From: Candidatus Hermodarchaeota archaeon
GTDB lineage: Archaea > Asgardarchaeota > Lokiarchaeia > Sigyniarchaeales > SOKP01
Direction of reading: 5' to 3'
NCBI GenBank assembly: GCA_048885535.1
Contig: JBHLLO010000012.1
Span: 1-31,583 of the forward strand
DNA: 31,583 nt
Of this stretch, positions 18,276-27,317 are shown piece after piece. A program made the position numbers and the translations under genes. Positions within the stretch are counted from its first letter, which is position 1, and each line of letters starts with the position of its first letter. The notes under the pieces are model-generated. The model was not told the DNA's origin and did no database searches. It saw only the letters and a list, made by a program, of their open reading frames with translations.

Positions 18276-19145
18276 ATGCTTCTAAAGGAATTAGGGAGGA
18301 CGGGCTTAAAGGTAAGTGAAATAGGAATAGGCACTGAACATTTATTTAGACAAACACAGAAAACAGTAGACGCTGTTATAGTTCATGCTATTGAACATAG
18401 AATCAATTATTTTGATGTTCTCTTTTCTGTTCAACATTATCTTGAGAAACTAGCACTCTCATTAAAAGGATATAGAGAAGATTTAGTAATTACCGGACAT
18501 CTGGGAACTATTGAGATAGAAGGGAGACCTAAAAAGAATAGGAATCTTCAAGAATGTAAAAAGGCATTTTTAAGAATGCTTTCTGTCTTAGAAACAGATT
18601 ATGTGGATATTCTTAATATTCAATTTGTTGGGAAAAATGAATTTGATAAAATTATGAAGCCTAAGGGGTTATATGATTTAGCAACTTCGTTTCGTGATGA
18701 GGGAAAAACAAATTATTTAGCACTAAGCACCCATGATATTTTAGTAGCTAAGCAAGCTATCAGAAGTGGAAGGTTTGATATGATAATGTTTCCAATTAGT
18801 CTAGCAAATCATGGATTACCGGGAAGAAATGAACTCTTGAAAGAATGTTCTAAAACGGGAATAGGTTTAGTGGCAATTAAACCATTTGCTGCGGGAAGAA
18901 TGTTAATGCTAAATAGAACGGTGAATATTGCAAAATATCAAACAGGTGGGTTAAGCTTTAAAAAGAAGATTCCTAAAGAGATTACTCCTTATAAATGTAT
19001 ACATTACGTTAAATCAATTCCAGAAGTATCTATAATTCTTATGGGAGTAAAGAATGTAGAAGAACTAACTGAAAATTTAAGTTATTTTAAAAAGAACAAA
19101 GATGATTTGGATTATAGTCCAATTATTAATGTTTTTAAAGTATAA
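18276..19145 (+). CDS. Aldo/keto reductase family protein
   Basis: LGRTGLKVSEIGIGT, INYFD, L.TDYVD, STH, AIKPFAAG, MGVKNVEEL.EN. Confidence 0.87.
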   Translation: MLLKELGRTGLKVSEIGIGTEHLFRQTQKTVDAVIVHAIEHRINYFDVLFSVQHYLEKLALSLKGYREDLVITGHLGTIEIEGRPKKNRNLQECKKAFLRMLSVLETDYVDILNIQFVGKNEFDKIMKPKGLYDLATSFRDEGKTNYLALSTHDILVAKQAIRSGRFDMIMFPISLANHGLPGRNELLKECSKTGIGLVAIKPFAAGRMLMLNRTVNIAKYQTGGLSFKKKIPKEITPYKCIHYVKSIPEVSIILMGVKNVEELTENLSYFKKNKDDLDYSPIINVFKV

Positions 19146-19154
19146 TAATAAAAA

Positions 19155-20588
19155 TTAAGACTCTGATTTTTTTTCTAATCTCTCTTTTAGTCTATGCAAT
19201 TTCTCTTCATGTAAAACCAAAATTTGCTTTTTCATTTCTTTGTACTCCTTTTTTAATGGGTCTAAAGGATAGTACCAAAGAGAAATCAGTCCTAAAGTAA
19301 TGAAAATCGCTGGAATTATACCTAACAACATTTGTATTCCAAATATAGCACTCTCTGGCTGGTTTTCTCCCACTCCTAGATTTTGCTGAAAATTTGTTAG
19401 GAAAAAAACTAAACCTGAAATTCCTGCAGCTAATGATTGAGCGGGTCTTGTGATCAATGCATCTGTTCCGAAATAAGCACCTTCTCTACGGACACCCGTT
19501 TCTAATTCATCTTTATCAATAATATCCCCTAATAAGGTAAAAACTAATAGACTTTGACCTGAAAAACCAAAACCTACAATAATAAATGAGATATTTACTA
19601 GATATATATCATTTGCGAAAGTAAGAAGGACAAATCCAGTTAAACCTAAAATTGATAAATAAAAAAGAGCTCTTTTGTTGCCTATTTTTTTTGTGAGTAT
19701 TAAGCCTACTGGAAGCCCTATTACTGTAAAAATAAGAAAAAATAATAAGGGAGTGGAGGAAATTATATTTTCTAATGAAATATCTAAAACATATTCTAAA
19801 TAAAATGGCAAGTTTGAATTAACTGAAAATAACACATATGCCATAGTAAAGTTAAAAATTACATAAGTTATGAAACTCTTATTTGAAAGGACATTTTTTA
19901 TAGCCCTCCACAAACCCAAAGTTTCTTCTTTTTCTGGAAGCAGTTCGCGACGCTCTTTAACACCAAAAGCAGTAAAAGCTAGAAAAAGTGCTCCAAATAT
20001 TGCCAAAAGTAATGCAATGATTTGAAATGAAAAAATCTCTTGATTAAGTGGTAGTGAGTCGAAAAATATAAATAAAATAGGAAGAGCATAGGTTAAAGCA
20101 ACAGCAATTCCTGCACCTAATCCAGAAAAAATGTTTATTATCGCTCTCTCCTCTGGATTTATTGACAACTCTGCCAATAATGAACTAAAACACAAAGAAA
20201 CCATGGTAAAAAAAGAATCATAAATTAATAAAGAAATTAACAACCAAAAGAATTTGACTAAATCAGAGCTATATGTTGGTACAAAGTATATGCAAATAAA
20301 ACTAATTGATAGCAATGGACCGCATAACATCAAGTATGGAATTCTGCGTCCATACTTTGTACGAGTTTTATCCGAAATATGACCAAAAATTGGATCATTC
20401 AATGCATTCCATATGAAATATATGATCCATGCTAACACCCACATCAAGGGGTTAATTTTAATCATTTCAATATAAAAGATTTGGGTCCATGTTAAGAATA
20501 GCCCCGTAGTTAAATTAATCCCAAAGGCTCCAAATCCTCCGTAAAATTTGATCTTGAGAGGAACTTTATCATAAGTGAAAGTTTTCAT
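19155..20588 (-). CDS. MFS transporter, GPH family
   Basis: WNALNDPIFGHISDKTRTKYGRRIPY, ELS..PEER, DIIDKDELETGVRREGAYFG, YPL. Confidence 0.92.
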   Translation of the reverse strand: MKTFTYDKVPLKIKFYGGFGAFGINLTTGLFLTWTQIFYIEMIKINPLMWVLAWIIYFIWNALNDPIFGHISDKTRTKYGRRIPYLMLCGPLLSISFICIYFVPTYSSDLVKFFWLLISLLIYDSFFTMVSLCFSSLLAELSINPEERAIINIFSGLGAGIAVALTYALPILFIFFDSLPLNQEIFSFQIIALLLAIFGALFLAFTAFGVKERRELLPEKEETLGLWRAIKNVLSNKSFITYVIFNFTMAYVLFSVNSNLPFYLEYVLDISLENIISSTPLLFFLIFTVIGLPVGLILTKKIGNKRALFYLSILGLTGFVLLTFANDIYLVNISFIIVGFGFSGQSLLVFTLLGDIIDKDELETGVRREGAYFGTDALITRPAQSLAAGISGLVFFLTNFQQNLGVGENQPESAIFGIQMLLGIIPAIFITLGLISLWYYPLDPLKKEYKEMKKQILVLHEEKLHRLKERLEKKSES

Positions 20589-20701
20589 TTTTACTAGTTA
20601 TTAGTCAAACTTTGTCATCTAAATAATGTTCTTTTGTCATAAAAAAGTATAAGATATTTATATAATATACAAACGTTTAAAAAAAGTTAAGGATTTAAAT
20701 C

Positions 20702-21001
20702 CTAATTAGTATCCCTTAATTTCCTAAGCTGAAAATATTCTTTACTCAATCTGTCTAAAGTTTCTTGAGATGCCCCCTTTCTCATCATAAATTTAATTAG
20801 TTTTAATTTTTCCTTTATAAGTTTTTTTCTAGTCTCTTTTGGATTATTTGAATTTAGAACATACGACTGCATCTTTTGTTCTAATGAAAGCTTATCTTTT
20901 AGAAAAGCTTTAAATTCTCTTACTATTTCTATATTCCAATTATCGTATAGAATCTTTTCATCCTTCTCATTAAATCTAATTGTCTTTGTAGGTATATACA
21001 A
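20702..21001 (-). CDS. Small basic helical hypothetical protein
   Basis: TTG start directly preceded by a very strong SD (AGGAGGAGGTG); no family recognised. Confidence 0.65.
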   Translation of the reverse strand: MYIPTKTIRFNEKDEKILYDNWNIEIVREFKAFLKDKLSLEQKMQSYVLNSNNPKETRKKLIKEKLKLIKFMMRKGASQETLDRLSKEYFQLRKLRDTN

Positions 21002-21128
21002 GCACCTCCTCCTATTTAAAATTAATATGTTTCGTGACTGGCATAAAAAAAACAGAAAAAACTCAATTTAAACAAAACGATATTAATAATTTAGTAATTT
21101 TTTTTATCATACTCTTTTCCTTAGGATT

Positions 21129-21309
21129 TGTTGTACAACATTTGTGAAATATTACAAATGAAGTCAGAATGAGTAAATAACTAAAAAAGGAGATTACAAG
21201 TCGATTTTGAGTGAAATTTGACATTTTGTACTAAATTGGGACAATGTGTGGCTATAATGGTAAACATTAATTTTCTAATAAAATGTTGTACAAAATTTAA
21301 GTGAAATTT
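21129..21309. promoter_or_regulatory. Array of palindromic TTGTACAA-core operator-like sites
   Basis: Perfect palindrome TGTTGTACAACA at 21129-21140; 13-bp inverted repeat 21131-21143 / 21281-21293; degenerate copy TTGTACTA at 21226-21233; GTGAAAT recurs three times. Confidence 0.5.
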
Positions 21310-21338
21310 CTAAAGGATACTGGTGTAATCAAATAGTT

Positions 21339-21356
21339 AAAAAAAATAAAAAAAAA
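21339..21356 (-). terminator. Oligo-U archaeal terminator downstream of the histone gene
   Basis: A-tracts on + (U-tracts on -) about 30-50 nt after the histone stop. Confidence 0.5.
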
Positions 21357-21388
21357 GTTAAAGATTTGACTCCTTTTGTTCTACCGGT

Positions 21389-21595
21389 CTACATCATTCC
21401 GATAGCAAGTTTCATATCAGCCTGAGTTACCTTCTTTCGGCCAGAGTGCTTTGCGATGTCTAAAGCGCAGGTTGTAAGTTCCTTTGCATATTCTTCTAAA
21501 TAATCCATTAATTTATCAACTGCGGCACGACTTACAATTTCAGCACCAGCTTTTTTCATTAAAGAACGCAATGGTGACCAGGCAAATGCAGCCAT
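21389..21595 (-). CDS. Archaeal histone (HMf-like single histone fold)
   Basis: P..LMKKAGAE.VS..A...L...LEE.A......A...A.HSGRK.V...D..LA; GGAGG RBS upstream. Confidence 0.95.
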   Translation of the reverse strand: MAAFAWSPLRSLMKKAGAEIVSRAAVDKLMDYLEEYAKELTTCALDIAKHSGRKKVTQADMKLAIGMM

Positions 21596-22108
21596 TTTTT
21601 ATTCCTCCACTTTTTATTTTATTTGTTTGTTTTTTCAGAGAAGAGTTAAATTTTTCATTAAATTTAACGTTCTTATTTCTAAATTGGTATTACTTCTATT
21701 TAAATATGTTGGTTGAAGATGTGAATTCGAACGCTAAGATAATCCAATTTCGATCGACAAAAAAATTTGGTCATACAAAAAATATTTTTTTTAACTTGTG
21801 ACATGGTTGATTTAAATTAGATCAATTTTTGGACTCAAATAGTAATGTTTTATTGCAATGCATGTTTAATATTAGATAGTTTGATGGAACTAATTAACTA
21901 AAGAATAGTAAGAGTAGCTTCTATTAAAAACTTTAACTAGGCTTTGTTAATTACATTTATGATAATCAACTTATTGCTGGAAAGTTAGACAAAAAGTTAA
22001 TCTTGAAAATAAATTAAATTCATCTAGCTTGTATCTTACTAAATTCAAATTTTACGAAAATAATAAAAAATAGAATTTTTTTTTGTTTATGATTTAAAAA
22101 AAGATTAA

Positions 22109-22915
22109 TTAATCATCAATAATCCTTTTATGTCCTTGAGGACATGTTCCATAAGTACAATCATAAAAACCTTCCTCCCATTCTTCTGTGGCATTATAAT
22201 GTTCCCAGCAGTAAATCTTATCGCAATCAGGACAATAAGCATCTAAGCCTTCATACCCATGGTACTGTTTCATAAATTCATGAACTCCAGGAAGATTTTT
22301 CGCTTTTAGAATTTCAAATAAAATTCCACTAAGATCTTTACTTAAAGACCTACTATGAGTAATTCCAGTAAATACTAAAGATTCAACCTTATCAAACCTT
22401 CCATATCCTAACTTAAATTCAACTGCAATCTTCCTACATACTGAACATGGTAATTGATACATGGTTTTTGATAATTCCAATATTTCTTGAAGTGGTTCTT
22501 TTATCTTCTTTTCGGGTTCAAGAATTTCGAATTCGTCAAAAAAGGCGTTCCAACAGTTTTGAAATACTTCTTCAACTTTTGAAATCATTTTTTGTATTTT
22601 TTTGTTATCTAATACTTTCAATTCGCTGATAGATTGAGTTAGGCGACTCTTAGCCAAATATAAATGGCTTTTTGAATCCTCAAATCTGAGATTTTTTGTT
22701 ATTAAAGCAACATTTAATTTTTCCCAAGCTTTGGTTGTATGATAATAATATTCTTTTACATTTGAGATTAAAATCCTCATAGATGACTGATTAGAATAGT
22801 TTTTTAAGCTCAAAAGCTTGAGTATCTCATTGGCAACATTGTCAAGCTCTTGTATATATTTTCGGATCTTCTGAATTCGATCCAAACTTTCTAGATCTAA
22901 TTTAGTTTCATTCAA
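22109..22915 (-). CDS. Hypothetical protein: N-terminal helical bundle plus C-terminal Cys/His zinc-binding domain
   Basis: CSVC, YCPDCDKIYCWEH and CPQGH motifs; TTG start after AAGGGGG. Confidence 0.7.
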   Translation of the reverse strand: MNETKLDLESLDRIQKIRKYIQELDNVANEILKLLSLKNYSNQSSMRILISNVKEYYYHTTKAWEKLNVALITKNLRFEDSKSHLYLAKSRLTQSISELKVLDNKKIQKMISKVEEVFQNCWNAFFDEFEILEPEKKIKEPLQEILELSKTMYQLPCSVCRKIAVEFKLGYGRFDKVESLVFTGITHSRSLSKDLSGILFEILKAKNLPGVHEFMKQYHGYEGLDAYCPDCDKIYCWEHYNATEEWEEGFYDCTYGTCPQGHKRIIDD

Positions 22916-22980
22916 TTTGATCTACCCCCTTACCAACAAAAACAAAATAATTTTCGTTTATAAATGAATCACAATAAAAT

Positions 22981-23445
22981 TTAAAAACTAAATTCTGTTT
23001 TTTTTGGCATTTTTTCAGCATAGAAATAACGTCCAGATCCCATTACATCAACATGTCTAAAAGTAATCTCGTAAAATACAATTTTTTGGGACTTAATTTT
23101 CATGCGTTTTTTATATTCATCTATTTCATCTTTAGTATGCTTTTTCACTATATTTAGAATCAGCTTTCCTAATTCAGAAACCAATAATTCTTCTTCTGAT
23201 GGAACATATTGCTTCAAATCAGCTCCCAAGTAAACTCTTCCGTCTTCAACCCTTCCAGGTTTTTTTTTAGCTTCTTCCTTATACTTGATAAACAAATCTA
23301 AAATAATTTTGAGTTTATCAATAGAGGGTACTCCAATTTCATCAAGGATATTAAAGATCTTTGTTTTAGGATATCTTAAATAATCTTTAACTGTATCTGG
23401 AGTTTTTTTCGGTTCATAATCAGGATATAAATCTTTTTCACTCAT
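22981..23445 (-). CDS. Hypothetical protein
   Basis: 154-aa ATG ORF with normal composition, co-oriented with the downstream zinc-binding gene. Confidence 0.7.
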   Translation of the reverse strand: MSEKDLYPDYEPKKTPDTVKDYLRYPKTKIFNILDEIGVPSIDKLKIILDLFIKYKEEAKKKPGRVEDGRVYLGADLKQYVPSEEELLVSELGKLILNIVKKHTKDEIDEYKKRMKIKSQKIVFYEITFRHVDVMGSGRYFYAEKMPKKTEFSF

Positions 23446-23628
23446 AATATTTGAATTTATTTCAATTAATTAATTTATTAAAAAGATATAAAGATTTAAA
23501 ATTAAATACATTGTTTAATCTATGAACTTGTAGATCAATATACAATTTTTTATAAAAAAATGTACATTATTCTACTTTATTAATAATAAAGTAAAAATTT
23601 TTATTATAGGCAGAAACGTGAGACTGGC

Positions 23629-24207
23629 ATGATATTTCAGCAAGAAGAAAAACCCGCTTATATATTCAAAATATGCCTCATTGGCAATGGAGGAGTAGGG
23701 AAAACTTGTATAGCAAGAAGGCTATGTTTCGACACATTTGATGCGAATACTAAACTTACAATTGGGATCGATTTCTATACTTATGATATGCCTATTATTA
23801 TAAATGGGGATGAGAGCTTTTTACGTTTTAGTATCTGGGATTTTGGGGGACAGGAGCAATTTAAAAAGATGTTTAGCTATTATATTCATGGAGCAAATGG
23901 AGTTTTTTATGTGTTCAGCCTTTATAATCTTAACAATACTTTACTTGGATTAGATTGGTGGAATGAACATCTACATAAGCTTGTTCCAGAGGATATTCCA
24001 AAAATCTTAGTCGGATGTAAACTTGATTTAATTAAAGATAAAAAAAGAGTAGATGATTTAGTTATTGAGAGTTTTCGAAAGAAACATAAAGACATTCCTT
24101 ACTATGCCACGTCATCAAAAGAAAATATAAATATTAGGAAGATTTTCGAAGAAATGGCAAAATCTATTTTAGATAAAAATGAGTTTCCCTATGAAAAGAT
24201 TCTTTAA
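23629..24207 (+). CDS. Rab-like small GTPase
   Basis: G1 GNGGVGKT, TIGIDF, WDFGGQEQF, G4 GCKLD, G5 TSSK. Confidence 0.92.
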   Translation: MIFQQEEKPAYIFKICLIGNGGVGKTCIARRLCFDTFDANTKLTIGIDFYTYDMPIIINGDESFLRFSIWDFGGQEQFKKMFSYYIHGANGVFYVFSLYNLNNTLLGLDWWNEHLHKLVPEDIPKILVGCKLDLIKDKKRVDDLVIESFRKKHKDIPYYATSSKENINIRKIFEEMAKSILDKNEFPYEKIL

Positions 24208-24223
24208 TGTGAATTTATCTCTT

Positions 24224-25216
24224 TCAAATTATTACTATTATAACTCCTATAACTGTTAATATCACTCCTAAAAACCCAATTTTCGTAATTCTCTCTTTAT
24301 TAACCCAATAAGTTAAAGGTAGTGAAAAGAGGGGACTTGCACTAGCTATTAATGACATCACAGTTGCTCCAGCTGTCCGAGCAGCTTCTGTGTATAAGTA
24401 GGCTCCTAAAGACGTACCAATTAAAGATGCTATAATTAAAATTAGCCAACTAATTAAATCTTTTTTTTGTTGGCGCTTAATCTTCCTTTTTTTATTATAG
24501 ATGGTTTCACTGAAAACCATAGATGATAAAATTAATAAAGCAAAAGGGAATCTGATTACATTGCCTATTACAGAGCTTAAACCCTCTAAATTAAGAATTT
24601 GATTAATTTCATTTGTGGCAAAATCAATCATTACTAACCCTGTTGCCCAAGCTAAGGCAGCAATTAATCCATAAATTATTGCCTTAAAGGACTCTTTTGA
24701 AAATAAACTCTTAATCTTTGCTTTATCAAAAACATTCTCACTTTGTTTTCTACTCAATTCATTTTCTTCTGTTGACATCTTTGTTTTGCTGATAATTATT
24801 ATACCAATACTTATTAAAATTAAAGATAAAATCAACTTAATCTCAAACGGACGTTTGAGGAAGATCAATGAGAAAATAAGGGTGAAAAAGGGAAACGTCA
24901 TTGATATTGCTAAAGCTATTGTAGTCCCTAATATCTTTTGAGCTTGAAAGTACGATGTATCGCCTATAACTTGACCAAATAGAAAACTAATACATAAGAG
25001 AAGCCATAATTCAACCGGTAATAAAAAAATTGAAAAAAATACATTATAGAAGAAAGATAAGATAAAGAATGTAATAGTACCAATAGCAGTGCGAATAAAA
25101 TTAATAAATATCGGACTAGCTTCTTTCTCAGTCCTCCGAAACAATACATTAGATACTAAAAAACTTAGGACAGCTAGAATTGCAATCCATTCACCTGTCA
25201 TATACTTTTTATTCAC
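24224..25216 (-). CDS. DMT/EamA family transporter
   Basis: Two EamA repeats (IGDTSYF.A...LG...PFFT; A.....ASPLF...L.....KERIT...G); GTG start overlaps the upstream TGA. Confidence 0.88.
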   Translation of the reverse strand: MNKKYMTGEWIAILAVLSFLVSNVLFRRTEKEASPIFINFIRTAIGTITFFILSFFYNVFFSIFLLPVELWLLLCISFLFGQVIGDTSYFQAQKILGTTIALAISMTFPFFTLIFSLIFLKRPFEIKLILSLILISIGIIIISKTKMSTEENELSRKQSENVFDKAKIKSLFSKESFKAIIYGLIAALAWATGLVMIDFATNEINQILNLEGLSSVIGNVIRFPFALLILSSMVFSETIYNKKRKIKRQQKKDLISWLILIIASLIGTSLGAYLYTEAARTAGATVMSLIASASPLFSLPLTYWVNKERITKIGFLGVILTVIGVIIVII

Positions 25217-25806
25217 TCGCTTCTATCATCATTTATTAATTTAGAATTACAGTTATAACAATATTTAGGAATTGACTTAAATTGGGTTCCACAAATCGGA
25301 CAAATTATAGTAGTTTCTTTTTGAATAACTTGAAAGGCTTCCTCTGTGAGGGGCTTATCTTTCTTAGATAATCTTGCTACGATCAAAGATAACCCAATCG
25401 ATACAGCAATGATGGTTATACATAAAATTATAGATTTTATCATAAGATTAAGAAATTCCGAGTTAAAGTAATTGGGAGAATATCTATTTAAAAATACATA
25501 AAAGAAAAAGTTAGGAAGAAAGAATGTTAATAAATTTGTTGAATAGGCTTTTCTAAAATTCTTATAAATGAAGATTGGGATTAAGGATACTAAAAGCCAT
25601 ATTAAATATATTACCATCAAATCATACCAAGAATCATACAAAATATAATTAGCTAAAAATTGAATAATTTGTTGATGTACTATAAAAGTTCCAGCGTCAA
25701 AATTAATAATGAATTGATACTGAAAAAGAACTAATAACAAGCTTAAACCTAAGAATTGAATACAAAAGATTATGAATTTATTCTGAAAGATTTTTATTAA
25801 TTTCAT
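25213..25806 (-). CDS. Membrane protein (about 4 TM) with C-terminal zinc ribbon
   Basis: Hydrophobic segments followed by CPICG...CYNC; ATG 25806 preferred because the longer call overlaps the divergent gene and promoter. Confidence 0.72.
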   Translation of the reverse strand: MKLIKIFQNKFIIFCIQFLGLSLLLVLFQYQFIINFDAGTFIVHQQIIQFLANYILYDSWYDLMVIYLIWLLVSLIPIFIYKNFRKAYSTNLLTFFLPNFFFYVFLNRYSPNYFNSEFLNLMIKSIILCITIIAVSIGLSLIVARLSKKDKPLTEEAFQVIQKETTIICPICGTQFKSIPKYCYNCNSKLINDDRSE

Positions 25807-25893
25807 GATCAATGTAATTAATCTTAATATTCTACCAATAATCCTTAAAAATTTTCTTTTAAATATAAAACATATTATAAAAAACCAATATTT

Positions 25894-26889
25894 ATGAGTA
25901 GAATGAACGAAACTGACTTTCAAGAATTTTTAAGCAAGAAAAAGCTTGATAAAAACATTATACAAAATTATATCTCAAGCATAAAGGATTATGAAAAATA
26001 TCTCAATAAATTAAGTCTAAAGCTCGAAGAAGCTGAACCCAATAAGATAGTTGAATATACTGAATATTTAGTTTCCGTTAATAAAGATTCTGTTATAAAC
26101 TTTCTTAGTGTAATTATGAATTATGCTAATTATACTAAAAACTACGATTACATTACTGAAGTGATAGATATTGTGGAATCTTACAATGCAATGGATACCC
26201 TTTTTTCAAGGATAGCTGAATTTTATGGTGAGCAAGTAAGAAATGAGATTTTTAAAGATTTAGTTATTCCTCCTGTAGGGATTCATCCTGAGAAGAAACC
26301 TAGCTTTACGAAAAAAATTCTAAAAAGAATAGAAGATAAACTTGGAGAGAAAAATTTAATTAAACTTTTATCACCTTGCCTTCATGGTCGTCCCCCTGAT
26401 GATATTGACGGTGATAAAAAAGCTCTTAAAGAGTTAGGTATTGATGGCTTTTTATTAAAGAAACATAAAGACCTAATTAAGAGACTAGAACAACATAGAG
26501 ATGATGGTACACTGGAGTTTGCTCAATACATTGATGATAAGGTAATAGATTTGGTACGAAAAAATCAAAAATTTGCTGGAGGTGTAAGAGAAGGGAGTTA
26601 TATATATGTAAGTAAACTTCCTTATCAAACAAGCAAATTTTTAAATACAAGAGATGAAAAGATGAAAAAATTCTTTTTATGTTACTGCCCTTGGATACGA
26701 GGAGCATTGAAGAATGGAACTGAGCATGAGATTTCCAATCATTTCTGTCACTGTAGCGCTGGTTGGTATAAACTTTACTGGGATCAAATTTTTGAACAAC
26801 CAATAAAAGTTGAACCTGAAAAAACGGCTCTTAATGGTGATTTGGAATGTACTTTCTCTATAGAGATACCTAAAAGCTTTTTAGAATAA
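25894..26889 (+). CDS. DUF6144-like / V4R-like Cys-rich protein with integrase-N-like helical N-terminus
   Basis: CYCPWIR, FCHCSAGW, W..IF..P.KVE, GD..C.F.I; N-terminus F.EFL....L...IQNY...I..Y..YL. Confidence 0.65.
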   Translation: MSRMNETDFQEFLSKKKLDKNIIQNYISSIKDYEKYLNKLSLKLEEAEPNKIVEYTEYLVSVNKDSVINFLSVIMNYANYTKNYDYITEVIDIVESYNAMDTLFSRIAEFYGEQVRNEIFKDLVIPPVGIHPEKKPSFTKKILKRIEDKLGEKNLIKLLSPCLHGRPPDDIDGDKKALKELGIDGFLLKKHKDLIKRLEQHRDDGTLEFAQYIDDKVIDLVRKNQKFAGGVREGSYIYVSKLPYQTSKFLNTRDEKMKKFFLCYCPWIRGALKNGTEHEISNHFCHCSAGWYKLYWDQIFEQPIKVEPEKTALNGDLECTFSIEIPKSFLE

Positions 26890-26928
26890 AGATTATTATA
26901 AATCAATTTCATCGGTTTAGACTCAATT

Positions 26929-27090
26929 TATGAAGCTATGGCAAGAGCTTCAGCGTTATTGCAGAATAAAGAGGATTTTGAAAAATTTAATGAACTAGCT
27001 ATGAAGGGAGGAGAAGGAATTAAGAACAAGGAGGATAAGAAATACTTCTTTGAGGATTTGAGTGGTGGTCCATGGTTTGGTATGAAATAA
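26929..27090 (+). pseudogene. Probable 5'-truncated gene remnant (C-terminal ~50 aa of a helical-repeat hypothetical family), not in the ORF track
   Basis: Frame reads YEAMARASALLQNKEDFEKFNELAMKGGEGIKNKEDKKYFFEDLSGGPWFGMK-stop; coding-like purine-rich composition; in-frame TAA at 26899-26901. Confidence 0.55.
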
Positions 27091-27317
27091 TTCTTTTTTA
27101 TTTTTTTAAAGAATACATTAATACTATGCCTAAAACGTAAAATTTTTAATATTTGCATGCTTTTTTATCTTACAGTGCTGGGTTCATTAAACTATTTCTT
27201 TAGAACCAAATTTAATACCATAATAAGAGGATGTTATCTTCTATGATAATTTCTTATATCTTACAATTAATGATTCGAGTTTGCATTTAAAATTAAACTT
27301 TAAGAGGATTTTATGGC

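Noticed and set aside
21484-21801. 105-aa plus-strand ORF
   Set aside because: Antisense to the histone gene and its leader; Phe/Leu bias comes from T-runs
22447-22629. 60-aa plus-strand ORF
   Set aside because: Antisense shadow of the zinc-binding hypothetical gene
24964-25149. 61-aa same-strand alternate-frame ORF
   Set aside because: Nested within the EamA gene; no independent support
26477-27158. Minus-strand ORFs of 108 and 76 aa
   Set aside because: Antisense to the DUF6144-like gene and to the plus-strand gene remnant
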